A stretch of 64,000 nucleotides of DNA, taken from assembly GCA_001662655.1 (NCBI GenBank), contig KV460224.1. One strand, 5' to 3'. Position numbers and translations under genes: made by a program. Shown here one piece after another: positions 12,210-24,294 of the stretch (within the stretch, counting starts at the first letter, position 1; each line of letters opens with the position of its first letter). Source of the stretch: Pseudogymnoascus verrucosus. Lineage: Eukaryota. The notes beneath the pieces were generated by a model that was not told the DNA's origin, searched no databases, and was given only the letters and a program-made list of their open reading frames with translations.

Positions 12210-13274
12210 CTATTTAGAGATTTGAATCCTACGCATATTGTCCCAGCCATCTAGGAGCTCAACGACACCTAGATGATGATTCCATAAGGCTTCCGCTATC
12301 GCAGTATTGCCCTCATTATTTATATGGTTGCTATCGACGCGCCCTGTCTGGAGTAGTGCCCTCACCACAGATTTATGACCCCCGCTAGCTGCAAAAAGAA
12401 GCGGAGTTGAGCCGGAGTTATCTTTTGAGTCGGGGTCTACGCCCTCTGTAGCAAGGAGGAGCTTGACAACACCCTCATTCCCATTTATACATGCGGTAGT
12501 AAGGGCAGTCTGGCCCTTATTGTTCCGAGAACTAGGATTGACCCCCTTAGTAGCTAGAAGGAGCTCCACCATGTCCGAATTGCCTTTCCAAGCTGCCCAT
12601 GCGAGAGGCGTATTGCCATCGTTATCCCTCATATCGATGTCAACCCTCCCTGTTCCTATGAGGAGGTCTACAACTTCCTTGTGACCGTTGCCGATGGCGA
12701 ACCAAAACGGCGACTGTCCATCAACGTCCCTAGAGTCGGCATCAACCCCCTCAATGCTAAGAAAGAGTTCCACAACACCCACGTGGCCAGCCTCAGCGGC
12801 AAGGGAGAGCGCCGATCGACCATAATTATCGATGGGGTCGGGGTTGATTCCGCTGACCGAAAGCAGTAACGTCACTACGCCCGTATGTCCCATAAATGAG
12901 GATAGCGACAAGGGAGTTTGACAGTAGTCGTCTCTCTCATTCGGATCTGCTATGTCTGCTGCGAGGAGCAGCTCTAGTACCGGCTTGTGACCTGCTTTCG
13001 CCGCTACTGCCAGTGGCCCTCGATCGTCATCTCCTCGGGGGATGTGAACGCCATCACTAGCCGCGATAGCTTTCTTTATGGTCCGAACATTGCCGTTTTC
13101 CGAGGCCCATATTAGTGCAACTGGTTTCTTGCCATGGGCGTCCTGCCGATAATGAATTGGCTCAAAGAATTCTCTACATTTTTGACTGGCGGACAGCAAA
13201 GCAACTCTGTCTCTAGCTAAGACGTATGTAGAAATGATATAGAGGATTTCTTCAGGGAGGTTGAGGAGCTTCAT
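12210..13274 (-). CDS. F-box-like plus ankyrin-repeat protein, intronless
   Basis: N-terminal LLNLPEEILYII resembles an F-box. It is followed by about 8 ankyrin repeats (D..G.TPL..AA..GH..VV.LLL). Confidence 0.85.
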   Translation of the reverse strand: MKLLNLPEEILYIISTYVLARDRVALLSASQKCREFFEPIHYRQDAHGKKPVALIWASENGNVRTIKKAIAASDGVHIPRGDDDRGPLAVAAKAGHKPVLELLLAADIADPNERDDYCQTPLSLSSFMGHTGVVTLLLSVSGINPDPIDNYGRSALSLAAEAGHVGVVELFLSIEGVDADSRDVDGQSPFWFAIGNGHKEVVDLLIGTGRVDIDMRDNDGNTPLAWAAWKGNSDMVELLLATKGVNPSSRNNKGQTALTTACINGNEGVVKLLLATEGVDPDSKDNSGSTPLLFAASGGHKSVVRALLQTGRVDSNHINNEGNTAIAEALWNHHLGVVELLDGWDNMRRIQISK

Positions 13275-13516
13275 TGTCGTTTGGTAATTAAGAGGACATG
13301 CGGCTCTACCTTCCTCGAAACGGGAGTCACCATACGAAACTAAGCGAATTCTCAACAATGTCATCGGGCTGATAATTCGCCCGTCCTACGCCGATAGTAA
13401 AGGTTCTCTATAAGCCAAATTCCAAATGTAGCGGATGAAATACTCCAAATGATTTAAGCACAAAACAAAGTAGATTAAGCTGTCTAGCCGTAGTACGCGC
13501 CCTAAAGAGTCCGGAC

Positions 13517-15676
13517 TCACTCCCTCTTCTCGTCCCGACCCATCACCTCTGCTACGTGGTTCTCCTCCCTCGCCTTCAAAATCTTCGCCGTATATTCCTT
13601 CCCAGCGACGAACCACCACGCCGTCTCCAGCACGAGGAAGCCTCCAACACAGGCACATGTGTAGTTCATATTTTGCGCTACTCCGTATTAGCATTGTAAT
13701 CTATCATTTGAACCAGGACAAAGCTGGGAAGGGGGTTTGCATACCAGAAACAGGCTTCACGTAGGGAAACGAGAAAAACACAATCGCAAATATGAGCCAC
13801 GCGCAGGTTATGATATTGACCGTCATCCCAACGGCATAGCTCATATGGAAGCTGCCACGGTGAATTGTAGTTCGCCGCATCAGCACGTTGGTGAGGATTG
13901 GTATTAGGTAAGCAAGGTTGTTGATGGTGACGGCCGATCCCAGGAGGGCATTGAAAGCTGTGGATGAGCCGAGATACAAACATCCAAGAATCGCGATTAT
14001 GGCCGTGACGGCAAGCTGGGCGTTAAAGGGAATGCGGAGAGTGGGGTGAACTTTAGACCAGCTGGAGAAGTTTGTTAGTGGATGGGGGTGTAAGACAGGG
14101 GTTAGGGAGTCTTACGTGGAAGAGAAGGGGAGTGCGCCGTCGCGGGAGAAGGCCCAGAAGATGCGCCCAGTGCCTATTAGGAAATATTGTCAGCCTGGGA
14201 TGTGGAAGTTGGGACGCCAGACGCATACTTAGTTGAGAACCGACCATACACGGCCCAATGGCGATCCACAGCATGAATGTCAGAGCAAAAGCACCGCCGA
14301 CTGACTGGGTTGCCTGAAGGAACAGTTCCGCGAGCGGAAGGCCGGTGGAAGTCGTAGCTAGCGCCGCGTAATCCTGGACGGAAAACATGAGGGTGATGAG
14401 ATATGTTAAGCCAGTCACGAAGGCGATGGCGAGGGTGATGACTGTAAGTGTCTACTGTTAGGAAACATCTAATATTATACAATAGGAATGCACGTACCAA
14501 TGGCAAGTGGTGCGTTTCGTGAAGGCTACACAAAAGTCAGCTCTGAGTCCAAAAAACACGCAATTGAACAGGGTGGCTCATACATTTGGCATCTCCTCCG
14601 TGATATGAGTAATGCCGTCCAGCCCTCCAAGACTGTACAATGGGTTCACCAACCCCGTAATGAAGCAGATTACATTCGACTCCCATCCGGTCTTGTTTAT
14701 CCACGTCTTGAAGACAAACTCGGTATCCCGGTGAGATGGCGCTGTGGCAGCCACTGTGATCATAATCACGAACCAAGCGAGTTGGAGGTAGAAAACTAAA
14801 CACCGCATTAACACCTCAATAGAACCAGTTTAACCACAGCAAGACTCACGAGAAAATCGGTTGAGCCCGGGGATGGCCTTATTGCCAAACATAACGATCG
14901 ATGCCGTCGCCAAGTTCAAGACCTGATACACGACGAATGTCATCCAGGCCTTGATCACGAGATCTCTATGGTACAATGCAATCAATGCCATGAAATTCTG
15001 AGAATAAATCAGATTTGTCGATGCGGCAGTAAAGATCCCTGATTTGAGTCAACCCGCCATTCACCCCTGAAAATCAATGATCAAACTCACATCCGAAGAC
15101 AGTGCACCAGCCCGTGACGAAGCTGAGGTAACCTGTCATCCTCTTTGGGGCGATGGCGGCGATCCAATGATACATGGCACCCTCGGTTGGGTAGGAGGAG
15201 ACGAATTCGGCGAGCGACGCGCCCAAGAAGGACTGAAGGATCCAGACGAGGATGAAGCCATAGATAACTATCTGGAGTAAGCCCGGGCCACAATAAATAG
15301 ACCTTCCTTTACGACTCACCGGCTCCTGGCCCCCCAGCGGAAATCTCAGTCACCAGCCCGAGTCCAAGACCTAGATACAGGGTTAGCCTGGTTGCGTGGT
15401 ACATAGGCACGTGAGGGTATTTGCACACCTGTCCATGAGATGGTCGTAGTCGAGGCGAGGCCAATGAGACTGAAAATTCCAAAGTGACGCTCCAATTCTT
15501 GTTTGTGGCCTTTGCGGATTGGAGTTAGCTACTCGTGCTCTATTATTTGATTGAGAACATTAATAATTACCCATCTGTGCCAGTCTCAGCTCGTCGGCGT
15601 CGACTGGCTTCTCACTACCACTCATGGTCTCGTCTGCCGCCACAACGGACGCGATAACTTGTTTTTCCTCACTCAT
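13517..15676 (-). CDS. APC-superfamily amino acid/choline/GABA permease (HNM1/UGA4-like), many introns
   Basis: DADELRLAQM..HKQELERHFGIFSLIGLA, ASLAEFVSSYPTEGAMYHWI, GLDGITHITEEMPN, IFWAFSRDGALPFS, YLGSSTAFNALLG, NMNYTCACVGG. Confidence 0.9.
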
Positions 15677-16268
15677 GCTTGCTATGCTGTTAGTTGGCAA
15701 TGAATCCAAGAATTGTGGCTCTGCCAATAGATGTTATAACAAGGCCAAGCGACAAGACGGAGGGATCAGCGACTATTTTGATATCAAGCTTTCCCCGCAC
15801 TGGGTAGTTTCCCAAGATAAGACTCGGTATGCGGTAATGAAACGTAGTAGCGCTTTTCGCGTTTGTGACTCGTGGCGCAAGGGGGAAAGGAGCACGCGCG
15901 CAACATACTGCCGGTTCTCCACCCGAACCGAAAGAATATAGAGATAGGGAGGGATAAAGGAGAGCAGTACTTGAGCACCGTACAATATAGTACTACGAAG
16001 TTTGTATCATATAGATCCTATAGGAAGGAGATACCGGGTGAGACCGCGGCATACCGCGGCATCTGGAGTCCAGTGAGGAGTCGCACAGGGAAGGCGTGGG
16101 GAGGAGCTGCACAAGCTTTGGGGCCGGTTGTCGGCGTTGACCTCGGCATTGATAGCGGTGAACTTAAGGGGAAATACCAAAGGGGATGTTTACCGATGAT
16201 CATTTGCATATCATATCCGTATTAGGAAACTGCGAACCTCAATGTCTCGGTGATATCTCCGAGCCGTA

Positions 16269-16281
16269 TCGGCAAAGTCGG
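16269..16281 (+). promoter_or_regulatory. TCGGCAAAGTCGG (CGG-N6-CGG) in permease/GH2 divergent promoter
   Basis: Matches each of the two copies at 9400 and 9423 at 12 of 13 positions. Confidence 0.55.
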
Positions 16282-16883
16282 TGAAACGGAGGCCGGAGAA
16301 TCAAAGGTCCGTGCTGACAAGGTTTAAGTTTGGAGCTCAAGGGACGCTACCCGACGCTAACGGATGGTTACAGTAAGATCGGCCACGGGCTAAAATTATC
16401 TCCACTATGCATGAACATCACGGAAAATCAACAATAGCAATAGTAATGTCACTGACATCAACAGATCACCAGATCACCAGCTACGGACGGAATATCATTG
16501 TCAACAGCGACGCTATTGTATTGGCAAAGCTGTAAGAAGCTGTTGTATTTTCCCGTCCGAAGTGCGGCGTCATTGTTTCAACTGTGATTATGCTCAATGC
16601 TACTCTGATGGTATGGTAGTGGCATGCTGTAGCACTATACACAGTACAGTAGTTCGGCATGGGGCCCCCAGCTAGGCCTGTCAGGCAAGACACTCAACGG
16701 TCACCCCTCTCTAGAACGGGATGATCATCGTCATAGGTGCCCAGAACGCGAATATAAAGTTGAACGTGTAACCCTGATGGCACAGAGAGGATATCCCCAG
16801 TGAGGTATGTGCATTGTGAAAGCACTGAGCCTAACACAAGGAACCAATTCCTCGACAACGGCTCCCCATTGAATCGAGGCATT

Positions 16884-19694
16884 ATGCGTGTGCTCTCGCT
16901 GTCTCTTGGCGTAGTCGCTGCCATTGTTCAGGTAGTCACTGCTTCACCAGCTCGCCTTGATGATGCGCCACTTGTGACGACTGCCGGTGATGCTGCTGCC
17001 ATTAAGGGCTGGTATATGCAGTCGACGGCAAAGACTTCTAGTGACATGCTTGCTGTTTCGCAGCCTGGCTTTGATATGAGCTCCTGGTACCGTGTTGGTA
17101 GCCGTGGAACTGTCATGGTATGTGTGAACAGCGGCTAGATACTCCCAAGCGTATCAAGAACATTGAATACCGCTGACTCAACACAGGCTGGGCTCCTCGA
17201 GAACAATGTTTACAATGACAAATCCCTGTTTTTCTCCGAGAACTTGAAGACTATGGTTGACCGTTCCCAATTCGACGTACCTTGGCTCTACCGCGAAGAG
17301 CTCACCTTCGACCCGGCTACCAACCAGCGCTACTTCCTCGAGACACACGGCATATCTTCTAAGGCAGACCTCTACCTTAACGGCAAACAGCTTGCCTCCA
17401 AGGAAACTCTCACTGGCGCGTATGGTGGCGAGAAATTCGACATTACCCAGTACCTGGTGAAGGGAAAGAACGCTGTCCTAATACGCGCCTACCCAACCAA
17501 CTACCTCAAGGATTTTGCCCTAGGTTACGTTGATTGGAACCCATATCCACCGGACAATGGGACGGGTGTCTGGCGTGAAGTTTTTGTGTCACAGACTGGG
17601 CCAGTGTCACTATTGAAGCCCCGCGTTGTGACTGACTACAAAGGCAAAGCCGTCAGCAGCGTAACTGCTACTATCAAGGTTGTCGTCAAGAACAGCGAGA
17701 CCAAATCGGTCCAGGGGACGATTAAAGGCTCGATCGAAGACCCTTGCGGTTCCAAGCTTCCTATCTCGGCTTCCTACACTCTCAAAGCCAACGAAATCAA
17801 GACAGTCACACTGACAGCCAAGATCAACAATCCCCAGATCTGGTGGCCGAAAGCATGGGGCGCCCAACCGCTCTATTCGCTCGATCTTGCCGCCTATATC
17901 GGATCCGAGGTCTCCGACCGCGCTGCCCAACGCACGTTCGGCGTCCGCTATGTGACCTCCTCCCTCAACTCCCACCAGGACCGCGCCTTTGCCGTGAACG
18001 GAAACCCATTTCTCGTCACAGGCGCCGGATACTCCGCTGATGTCTTCCTTCGCTTCGATCCAGCTAAGCTTGTACAGCAGTTTGAGTATATCCTCGATAT
18101 GGGCCAGAACACTGTGCGTCTCGAGGGAAAGCAGGAGCACCCTGAGCTGTACGATATCGCCGACCGTATGGGTATAATGGTTCTCGCTGGGTGGGAGTGC
18201 TGCGATAAGTGGGAGGGTTGGAGTTATAACGACGAGGCAAATGGAGTCAAATGGGTTGATGCTGATTATGTCACTGCGGAAAAGCAGATGGAGCATGAGG
18301 CGTATATGATGCAAGGCCACGCCAGCATGCTCGGTTTCCTCGTGGGCAGTGACTTCTGGCCTGATGAGCGTGCATCGCCTATCTATGTCAACAAGCTGAA
18401 CGAGCTTGATTGGGATGTTCCTATCATTGCGTCTGCATCTCTGAGAGGATTTCCAAAGAATTTGGGTTCGTCTGGTATGAAGATGGGTATGTCCTCACAT
18501 CTACTTGCCAACTTTTACCTCCTCCCTTGCTAACAAACCCCCACAGACGGCCCATACGACTGGGTTCCCCCGAATTACTGGTACAACAACCAATATGGCG
18601 CCGCCTTTGGTTTTGGCTCTGAACTTGGCTCGGGAGTTGGCACCCCCGAGCTCTCCTCCCTCAAAAAGTTCCTCACCGCGTCCGACATGAAAGACCTCTG
18701 GACCGCTCCCAACAAGGGTCTCTATCACATGTCCACCATCGACTCCTCCTTCTACAACCGCAAACTCTATAACGACGCCCTCTACGCCCGCTATGGCGCC
18801 CCCACCTCTCTCGATGACTACCTCCTCAAGGCCCAGGCTATGGACTACGAAGGCACGCGCTCCCAATTTGAAGGCTACTCCGCGCTCCAGAGTGCCAGCC
18901 GCCCCGCCACGGGTATCATCTACTGGATGCTCAATAACGCCTGGCCCAGTCTCCACTGGAACCTGTTTGACTACTACCTCAAGCCTGCTGGGTCGTACTT
19001 TGGTGCGAAAGTTGGTGGTAGGGCAGAGCACGTTGCGTTCGGATATGGTAGTGCGAAGGGCGATGTGTGGCTTATTAACCACACGATTGACAAGAAGGGA
19101 TCTAGGACTATTAAAGTTGACTTGTTGAGCAAAGATGGCAAGACCTTGGTTTCTCGCTCGGTGGATGCGACTACGACACCCAACCAATCGAAGAACGTGG
19201 CGACAATCCCAGAAGCAACAACTCTTAAGGACGCTGCCTTCTTGCGCCTTGTACTGAGTGATGCCAAAGGCAAGGTGCTCAGCAGGAACGTGTACTGGAT
19301 CTCGCCCAAGGTGGATAAATTGGACTGGAAACACTCAGACTGGTACTACACCCCCGTCACGGAGTACGCGAGCTACAAGTCACTTGCGACAATCAAGCCA
19401 GCGCAATTGACCGCATCGTCAGGGAAGGGGGTTGTAGTTGATGGGAAGGTGAACGTGGACGTCACGCTAGTGAATAAGGCGGCTGTGGCGGCGTATTTTG
19501 TGCGTCTTGAGCTGAGAGATTCGAAGGGCGAGGATATCCTACCAGTGCTGTGGTCGGACAACTATGTTACGCTTTGGCCAGGTGAGAAGGTGGTGCTGAG
19601 TGTTAGTTGGGCTGCTGGAGGGAGTGGGCAGGGGAAGGTTGATATTTCGGGGATTAATGTCCAGGGTGTTGAGGCGGTGGTGGTGAAGTGGTAG
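16884..19694 (+). CDS. GH2 exo-1,4-beta-D-glucosaminidase (CsxA/Gls93-like), secreted, 3 exons
   Basis: Signal peptide MRVLSLSLGVVAAIVQVVTA. Motifs VDWNPYPPDNGTGVWR, NTVRLEGK, GWECCDKWE, FLVGSD (acid/base region), GMKM|DGPYDWVPP, GFGSELG (nucleophile region), YWMLNNAWPSLHWNLFDYY and WSDNYVTLWPGE. Confidence 0.92.
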
Positions 19695-19797
19695 GACTAG
19701 GGCCTGTTGATAGGGAAAAATTCCTTCTCTTAGAGTGGGCACTTTTGGATATGAAAATTATGAACACCCTTTTGACATCCCGCAACATGTGCTTAAA

Positions 19798-21630
19798 TTA
19801 AACCAGCATCCCTGTCCATACAATCATGCACCCATCCGCAAAATACTGCGTATCAATATCCGTCCCCTATAATCACATGTCAGCAATTCCATCCTCAGTA
19901 GACGCCCCACAGCGGGTGCCAACGAAAACAAGACCCCTCACCTTCGCAAACCTCGCCGCTTGTCCAATCCCCATATTCCTTGCAATCCACATCAAGCACT
20001 CCTGTAAGTACTCCCGCATCTCCTCTCCAACAGTCCCCACCCTCGACGCCACAAAGAGAGGATGCATCAGCAGTAGCCCACCCACTGCTCTCCCTGGTTT
20101 TAATTCCCGGTCTGCGCCTCCGTCGACAAAGGACCTCAGGTCATCAGTCAAGTGGTACGGTATACTCGCCGCGATATCGTCGATCAGTCGTGCCGCCTCA
20201 GTGCGCTCGCGGACGTGGTCTTCTCCGTCATTGAGTGCGTCGGAGAGGGCGAGAATAAGGTCCAGTAGGAGCAGCCTTGCAGCGCGCGAGGTATTCCATA
20301 CACCTGCTATGTAGTGGTCGAAGTAAGTTTCTACCCTCCCTGGCCACGCGCCAGCTTGTGCAGCTGATCCATGACAAAGCGCGGGAATGTGGCCTAGTAG
20401 GTGAGGTTTGAGAATATCAGGTTGCGTAGCTTGCCAGTGCGCGAACTGGTTATAGAGGGACATAGCGTCTGCTTTTAATATGGTGAGGTCTGTGGTAAGG
20501 GGGGCTGGAGAAGAAAGGACGTTGTGGGCCTTGTGGTAGAGAGGGCTGAAGTCGTGGAGGAGAGCTGAGAGGGGGTGTGGGGTGGTGGGTTGGGAGATTA
20601 CCCCAAGGCCTGCCGTTTTGGCTGATGGATGGTTAGAGCTGATGAAGTGCACGGCGCCAAATAAGTCTAGTGGCGAGTTTTCGATTTTTAGGATCGCGGC
20701 TACGCCCCGAGCATGTGTGTTGTGGTTACCAGCGTGGGATTCGCCAGCGACTATAATCTGCATCTTGTTAGCTACTTCATTAAGTTGATGGGATGCGTTA
20801 CAGATAAACCTCATAAAGCCCAAGTAGCATGGCAATCATCAATGCCTCAGGCGTCTCTGTAAAATCCGGGCACTCTATTGCAACCCTCAGCGCCCCAAGC
20901 AGTTCTTGGTATGCTTCCTCAGCGCGAGCTATAAGCCTAGGTCTGCACAGTTTCCGCCCATGATTGGCATTAGCTACGGCCCTACATGCCATTGCAAGGC
21001 TGGAATAATGGCCAGCATGGCTGAGCATAGACTCCAGTCCATCGAGATACCCCCGAGATAGGGTGTGGTTTGTTGAGGCGATGCAGTATTCATACAAGAA
21101 GGCTTGGATAATCCGCTTATCGGCTTCCTCCTGTGAGAATTCTCTGGGGTGAGTATCCTCTGGCAGAACTCCAGTATTGGGACAGGGAATTCGGATCGGT
21201 AAGGTGCACTTCCGGGCACTTGAGAGCTGTGAGGGGCTACCGGTCTGGATCTCTTGGGGCCGGAAAATAAGGCTGGCCCCGTCGCTATAACCCACGCAGG
21301 TGCGGTTCGATGTTAAGCATCTAGCACATGACTAGTTCCAAAATGTCAGTTGGTATTTGGTGGCATAAATAGGAGATGTAGCATTCAGGAAATATATCTT
21401 AGAAGGATTCAATTGGTAAATTCCAAGAACCACCACAAAACCCAAAGTAAAGCTTCTTCTTACGTACAGGACGAGCTTCATCACACTACAAACAGATCAA
21501 CGTTAGTTCTATTCCTCAATATTACAACAAATGGTCTATGGGGGTAATTTAGTATCAACGGGACAAAGCGAACCTTCTTCCTCCGACGCTTGCACGTCTC
21601 ACACCCTCGCGATGGGCCTAAATAGACCAT
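19798..21630 (-). CDS. Zn(II)2Cys6 transcription factor, multi-exon with an 18-nt micro-exon
   Basis: Spliced MVYLGPSRGCETCKRRRKK|CDEARP|SCARCLTSNRTCVGYSD. Body motifs MLLGLYE, HARGVAAIL, SIPYHL, GGLLLMHPL and MGIGQA. Confidence 0.88.
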
Positions 21631-22321
21631 TGTCGAATCTCTTTTATTTGCTCTTCAGACTCCCATGATAATTTATTCGTTCGACCACCTCGTCCAAATA
21701 TTGCAACCTATCGAGTTTCTAATCTCCGAGTATACTCCGCTCCAATTCCGAGAAGTTCAAACTCGTTATATTAGTGATTATAGTATACAACTGCCGAACT
21801 TACGCTTGGCTTGGCGACAAAATACGGTTAGCGTTGCGCTCTATAGATATGCAATAAATAATAATAACTGTGCAACGAAAATATTAACGAGAGAAGAAGA
21901 TATGGCGATGTGAGCATTGAGATCTTAGGTATGTTTAAGTCCGGGAAGGCGCCCAACGCTAGCCCCAATTGGATAGTGCGTCGAGGCTATTTTAGGTTTG
22001 TACTAGCAGATACACCAAACCCTGGATATGGGTCCTACCTCTTTGGGTTAGCGTTGCCCAGCTGGATATGGGCACTTGCTTGTCTGTCTTCATATTACGC
22101 CGTTATGGTTCTACAAAATATAAGCACTGGTGTCGCATTTGATACGGACGAGTTGGAGGTTAAAACGTCCTCGTGTAAGCTGCTTAAAATTGCAGGTTAG
22201 ATCTCTGTGTAGGTTAGAATAGCACTTTTTGCCTTTTTGCAGTTTTTTTTCTTCATATCCACTTTTTTTTTCACGACGGCATGGGAAATAACGGATTAGG
22301 GATCCGTAAATCAAAACAATA

Positions 22322-22393
22322 GGCCTGCTGGCCCAATGGCAAGGCGCTTGACTACGAATCAAGAGATTGCAGGTTCGATCCCTGCGTAGGTCA
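22322..22393 (+). tRNA. tRNA-Arg(ACG)
   Basis: Acceptor stem GGCCTGC/GTAGGTC, anticodon arm CTTGA-CTACGAA-TCAAG, T-arm GCAGGTTCGATCCCTGC and downstream T-runs. Confidence 0.95.
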
Positions 22394-22772
22394 CTATTCC
22401 AGTACTTCGGTATTTCTTTTTGATGTTCTTTTTGATATATTTTTGGATTTCTGGGCGGAACATAGTATGGAACCGCAACGGCAAACTTTTAGCATGAGTG
22501 TGGGACTCGACGATAGAGTAGTAGTAGGGCTAACAAAAAAGCGGAAAGGCAGGATGCCGAGGAGTGTAAGTAAAACAATTATATATAGCAAGAATATATT
22601 GGCTTCAATGTGTTCTCTTCAGTTCTTCAATGACCATCAGACATGCTAAGAAGAATCATTATAGTTGATTTTTGAGTACCGGTATTCGGTTGGAGAGGTG
22701 CGTTTGTTACGGGGAGATTCGACAAAAAAAAAAGAATACCATAGACGAGTTAACTCGTCTGAAGGGTTATAG

Positions 22773-22860
22773 TCCCTTCGCCCGGAATCGAACCGGGGGC
22801 CCCCGGATGATTTGCGTTACATTACAGTCCGATGCTCTAATCCAACTGAGCTACAAAGGG
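22773..22860 (-). tRNA. tRNA-Tyr(GTA) with about 13-nt intron
   Basis: Reverse complement CCCTTTGTAGCTCAGTTGGATTAGAGCATCGGACTGTAA-[tgtaacgcaaatc]-ATCCGGGGGCCCCCGGTTCGATTCCGGGCGAAGGGA. Poly-T terminator at 22724-22733. Confidence 0.92.
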
Positions 22861-22959
22861 GTATTGGTTGCGTGAATGCTCGAGGGTAGACTGTATCAAC
22901 ATGGGAAATTTGGAATGCTTCTGTGGCTTCAAACAATTTGTGGTATGAGAAACTGATGG

Positions 22960-23400
22960 ATGGGAGGGAATGTTACATCCCGTGCTTGGCTTAACGTCGA
23001 AACGTCGCGTCCCTCTGAAATCAGAGCCACGCCCCTGTGGATGCCAGGAAAAAATAGATCCTCATCCGTAACCGCGCTATTTGCCATTAACGGGGTTGAT
23101 GGCAAAAAAAATGTAAACAGCGCCCAAACACTCGTGGTCTCCAACTTACCCAGCCATTCACAGCTCGTACGTCGCTAGCGTTGCCGTCGCAGATAGATCG
23201 AACGTAATGCGCTTCAAGAAAGGTGATCAAGTTCTCGGGCATGAGGTGGGGATGTTTTTGAAGGAGCTCCAAGGCTGTGCTTTCCAAGCCCACACTTGCA
23301 GAAGAACGTGGCTTGTGAGATTCCTGATGGCCTCTCGTTTGAAAAATCCACTGTGATTCCATTGGGATTCTCTTTGGCTCCATGTGCGCTGTTCCAAGAG
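22960..23400 (+). pseudogene. Degenerate MDR zinc-binding/enoyl-reductase-like oxidoreductase fragment
   Basis: Across frames: RAWL...*ILIRNRAI/AINGVD, YPAI...SNVMRFKKGDQVLG...AFQ, IPDGLSFEKSTVIPLG...CALFQ. It has multiple frameshifts and stops and is 3'-truncated. Confidence 0.75.
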
Positions 23401-23571
23401 GCTTTTCGAATTTGCAGAAAGATGCTCGTGGGAGCATTCGATTACATTGGACAAAATGACTGGGAACATTATATGGACGTTATGCATAAGTCTAGTAGAA
23501 ACAAATTAATTGTTATGTTTCCATTAACAACTTCTTTCTAGTACAATAAAATCAACCTTCTATTTATCATC

Positions 23572-24294
23572 TCAGGAGCTGCTTTCCACCTTTTTTGTGA
23601 ATGGCCTATATGCCTCCTCTGGAATCCTTCCCAGCACCGACTCTGCAATCTTACTCGGCGCCAACCCATACAACTGCTGGAAACTCATAATCATTGGCCG
23701 CCACTTATCTGGATCAACTCTGTTCTCAAATCCCTCCATCCGAATCTTTTCATGAACATACGTCCTCACAACCTTAACCTCCAATGCCAACAGGTTCCCC
23801 TTCTTCTCCGTATCGCCCATCATCTCATGCACCTTCACTAGCTCCGCTTCCATCTGCACCGGACACTCCACAATCCTCGCTGGCTTTACAATTTCCGAGG
23901 CGGTCGGCGTCAATCCCGAATGCCCAAACTTATCATGGACATATTGATATCCATTCGCACGCTTAAACGCATACCTCGCATCCCCCGGCGCGGTCTCGAG
24001 GCCCTCGCAGCCTGTAGTTCTCGCGAGGGCGTTCACGAAGCTTCCCATATCGTCTGAAGCGAGGTTGAGCACGCACTGCTTAGTTCGACGCAAGTTGACA
24101 GTGGTTTGGCTATTGGCGGCGAGACCAAGCATGCAGCGGTTTCCGAGCCACCAGGCCGAAGACATGGGTGCGATGTTGGTAGTTCCGTCGGGGTTGGTGG
24201 TGCTGATTATGACAACGGGGGTGCCCCAGTAGAGGATTGCGGGGGAGATGGGTTGGTGTGTTGCGGATGAGAGAGGGACTGTGTTGGAACCCAT
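23572..24294 (-). CDS. Flavin reductase-like (FMN-binding split barrel) protein, intronless
   Basis: ISPAILYWGTPVVIIST..NIAPMSSAWWL, NLRRTKQCVLNL, RIVECPVQMEAEL, WRPMIMSFQ. Confidence 0.85.
   Translation of the reverse strand: MGSNTVPLSSATHQPISPAILYWGTPVVIISTTNPDGTTNIAPMSSAWWLGNRCMLGLAANSQTTVNLRRTKQCVLNLASDDMGSFVNALARTTGCEGLETAPGDARYAFKRANGYQYVHDKFGHSGLTPTASEIVKPARIVECPVQMEAELVKVHEMMGDTEKKGNLLALEVKVVRTYVHEKIRMEGFENRVDPDKWRPMIMSFQQLYGLAPSKIAESVLGRIPEEAYRPFTKKVESSS

Noticed and set aside
17610..19334. Long minus-strand ORFs (236 and 277 aa)
   Set aside because: Antisense shadows of the GH2 coding exons, with no recognisable motifs.
19798..21630. Second Zn2Cys6 TF as the definite regulator of the GlcN module
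   Set aside because: It is adjacent to GH2, but I saw no copy of the shared motif in its promoter. Membership is unresolved.
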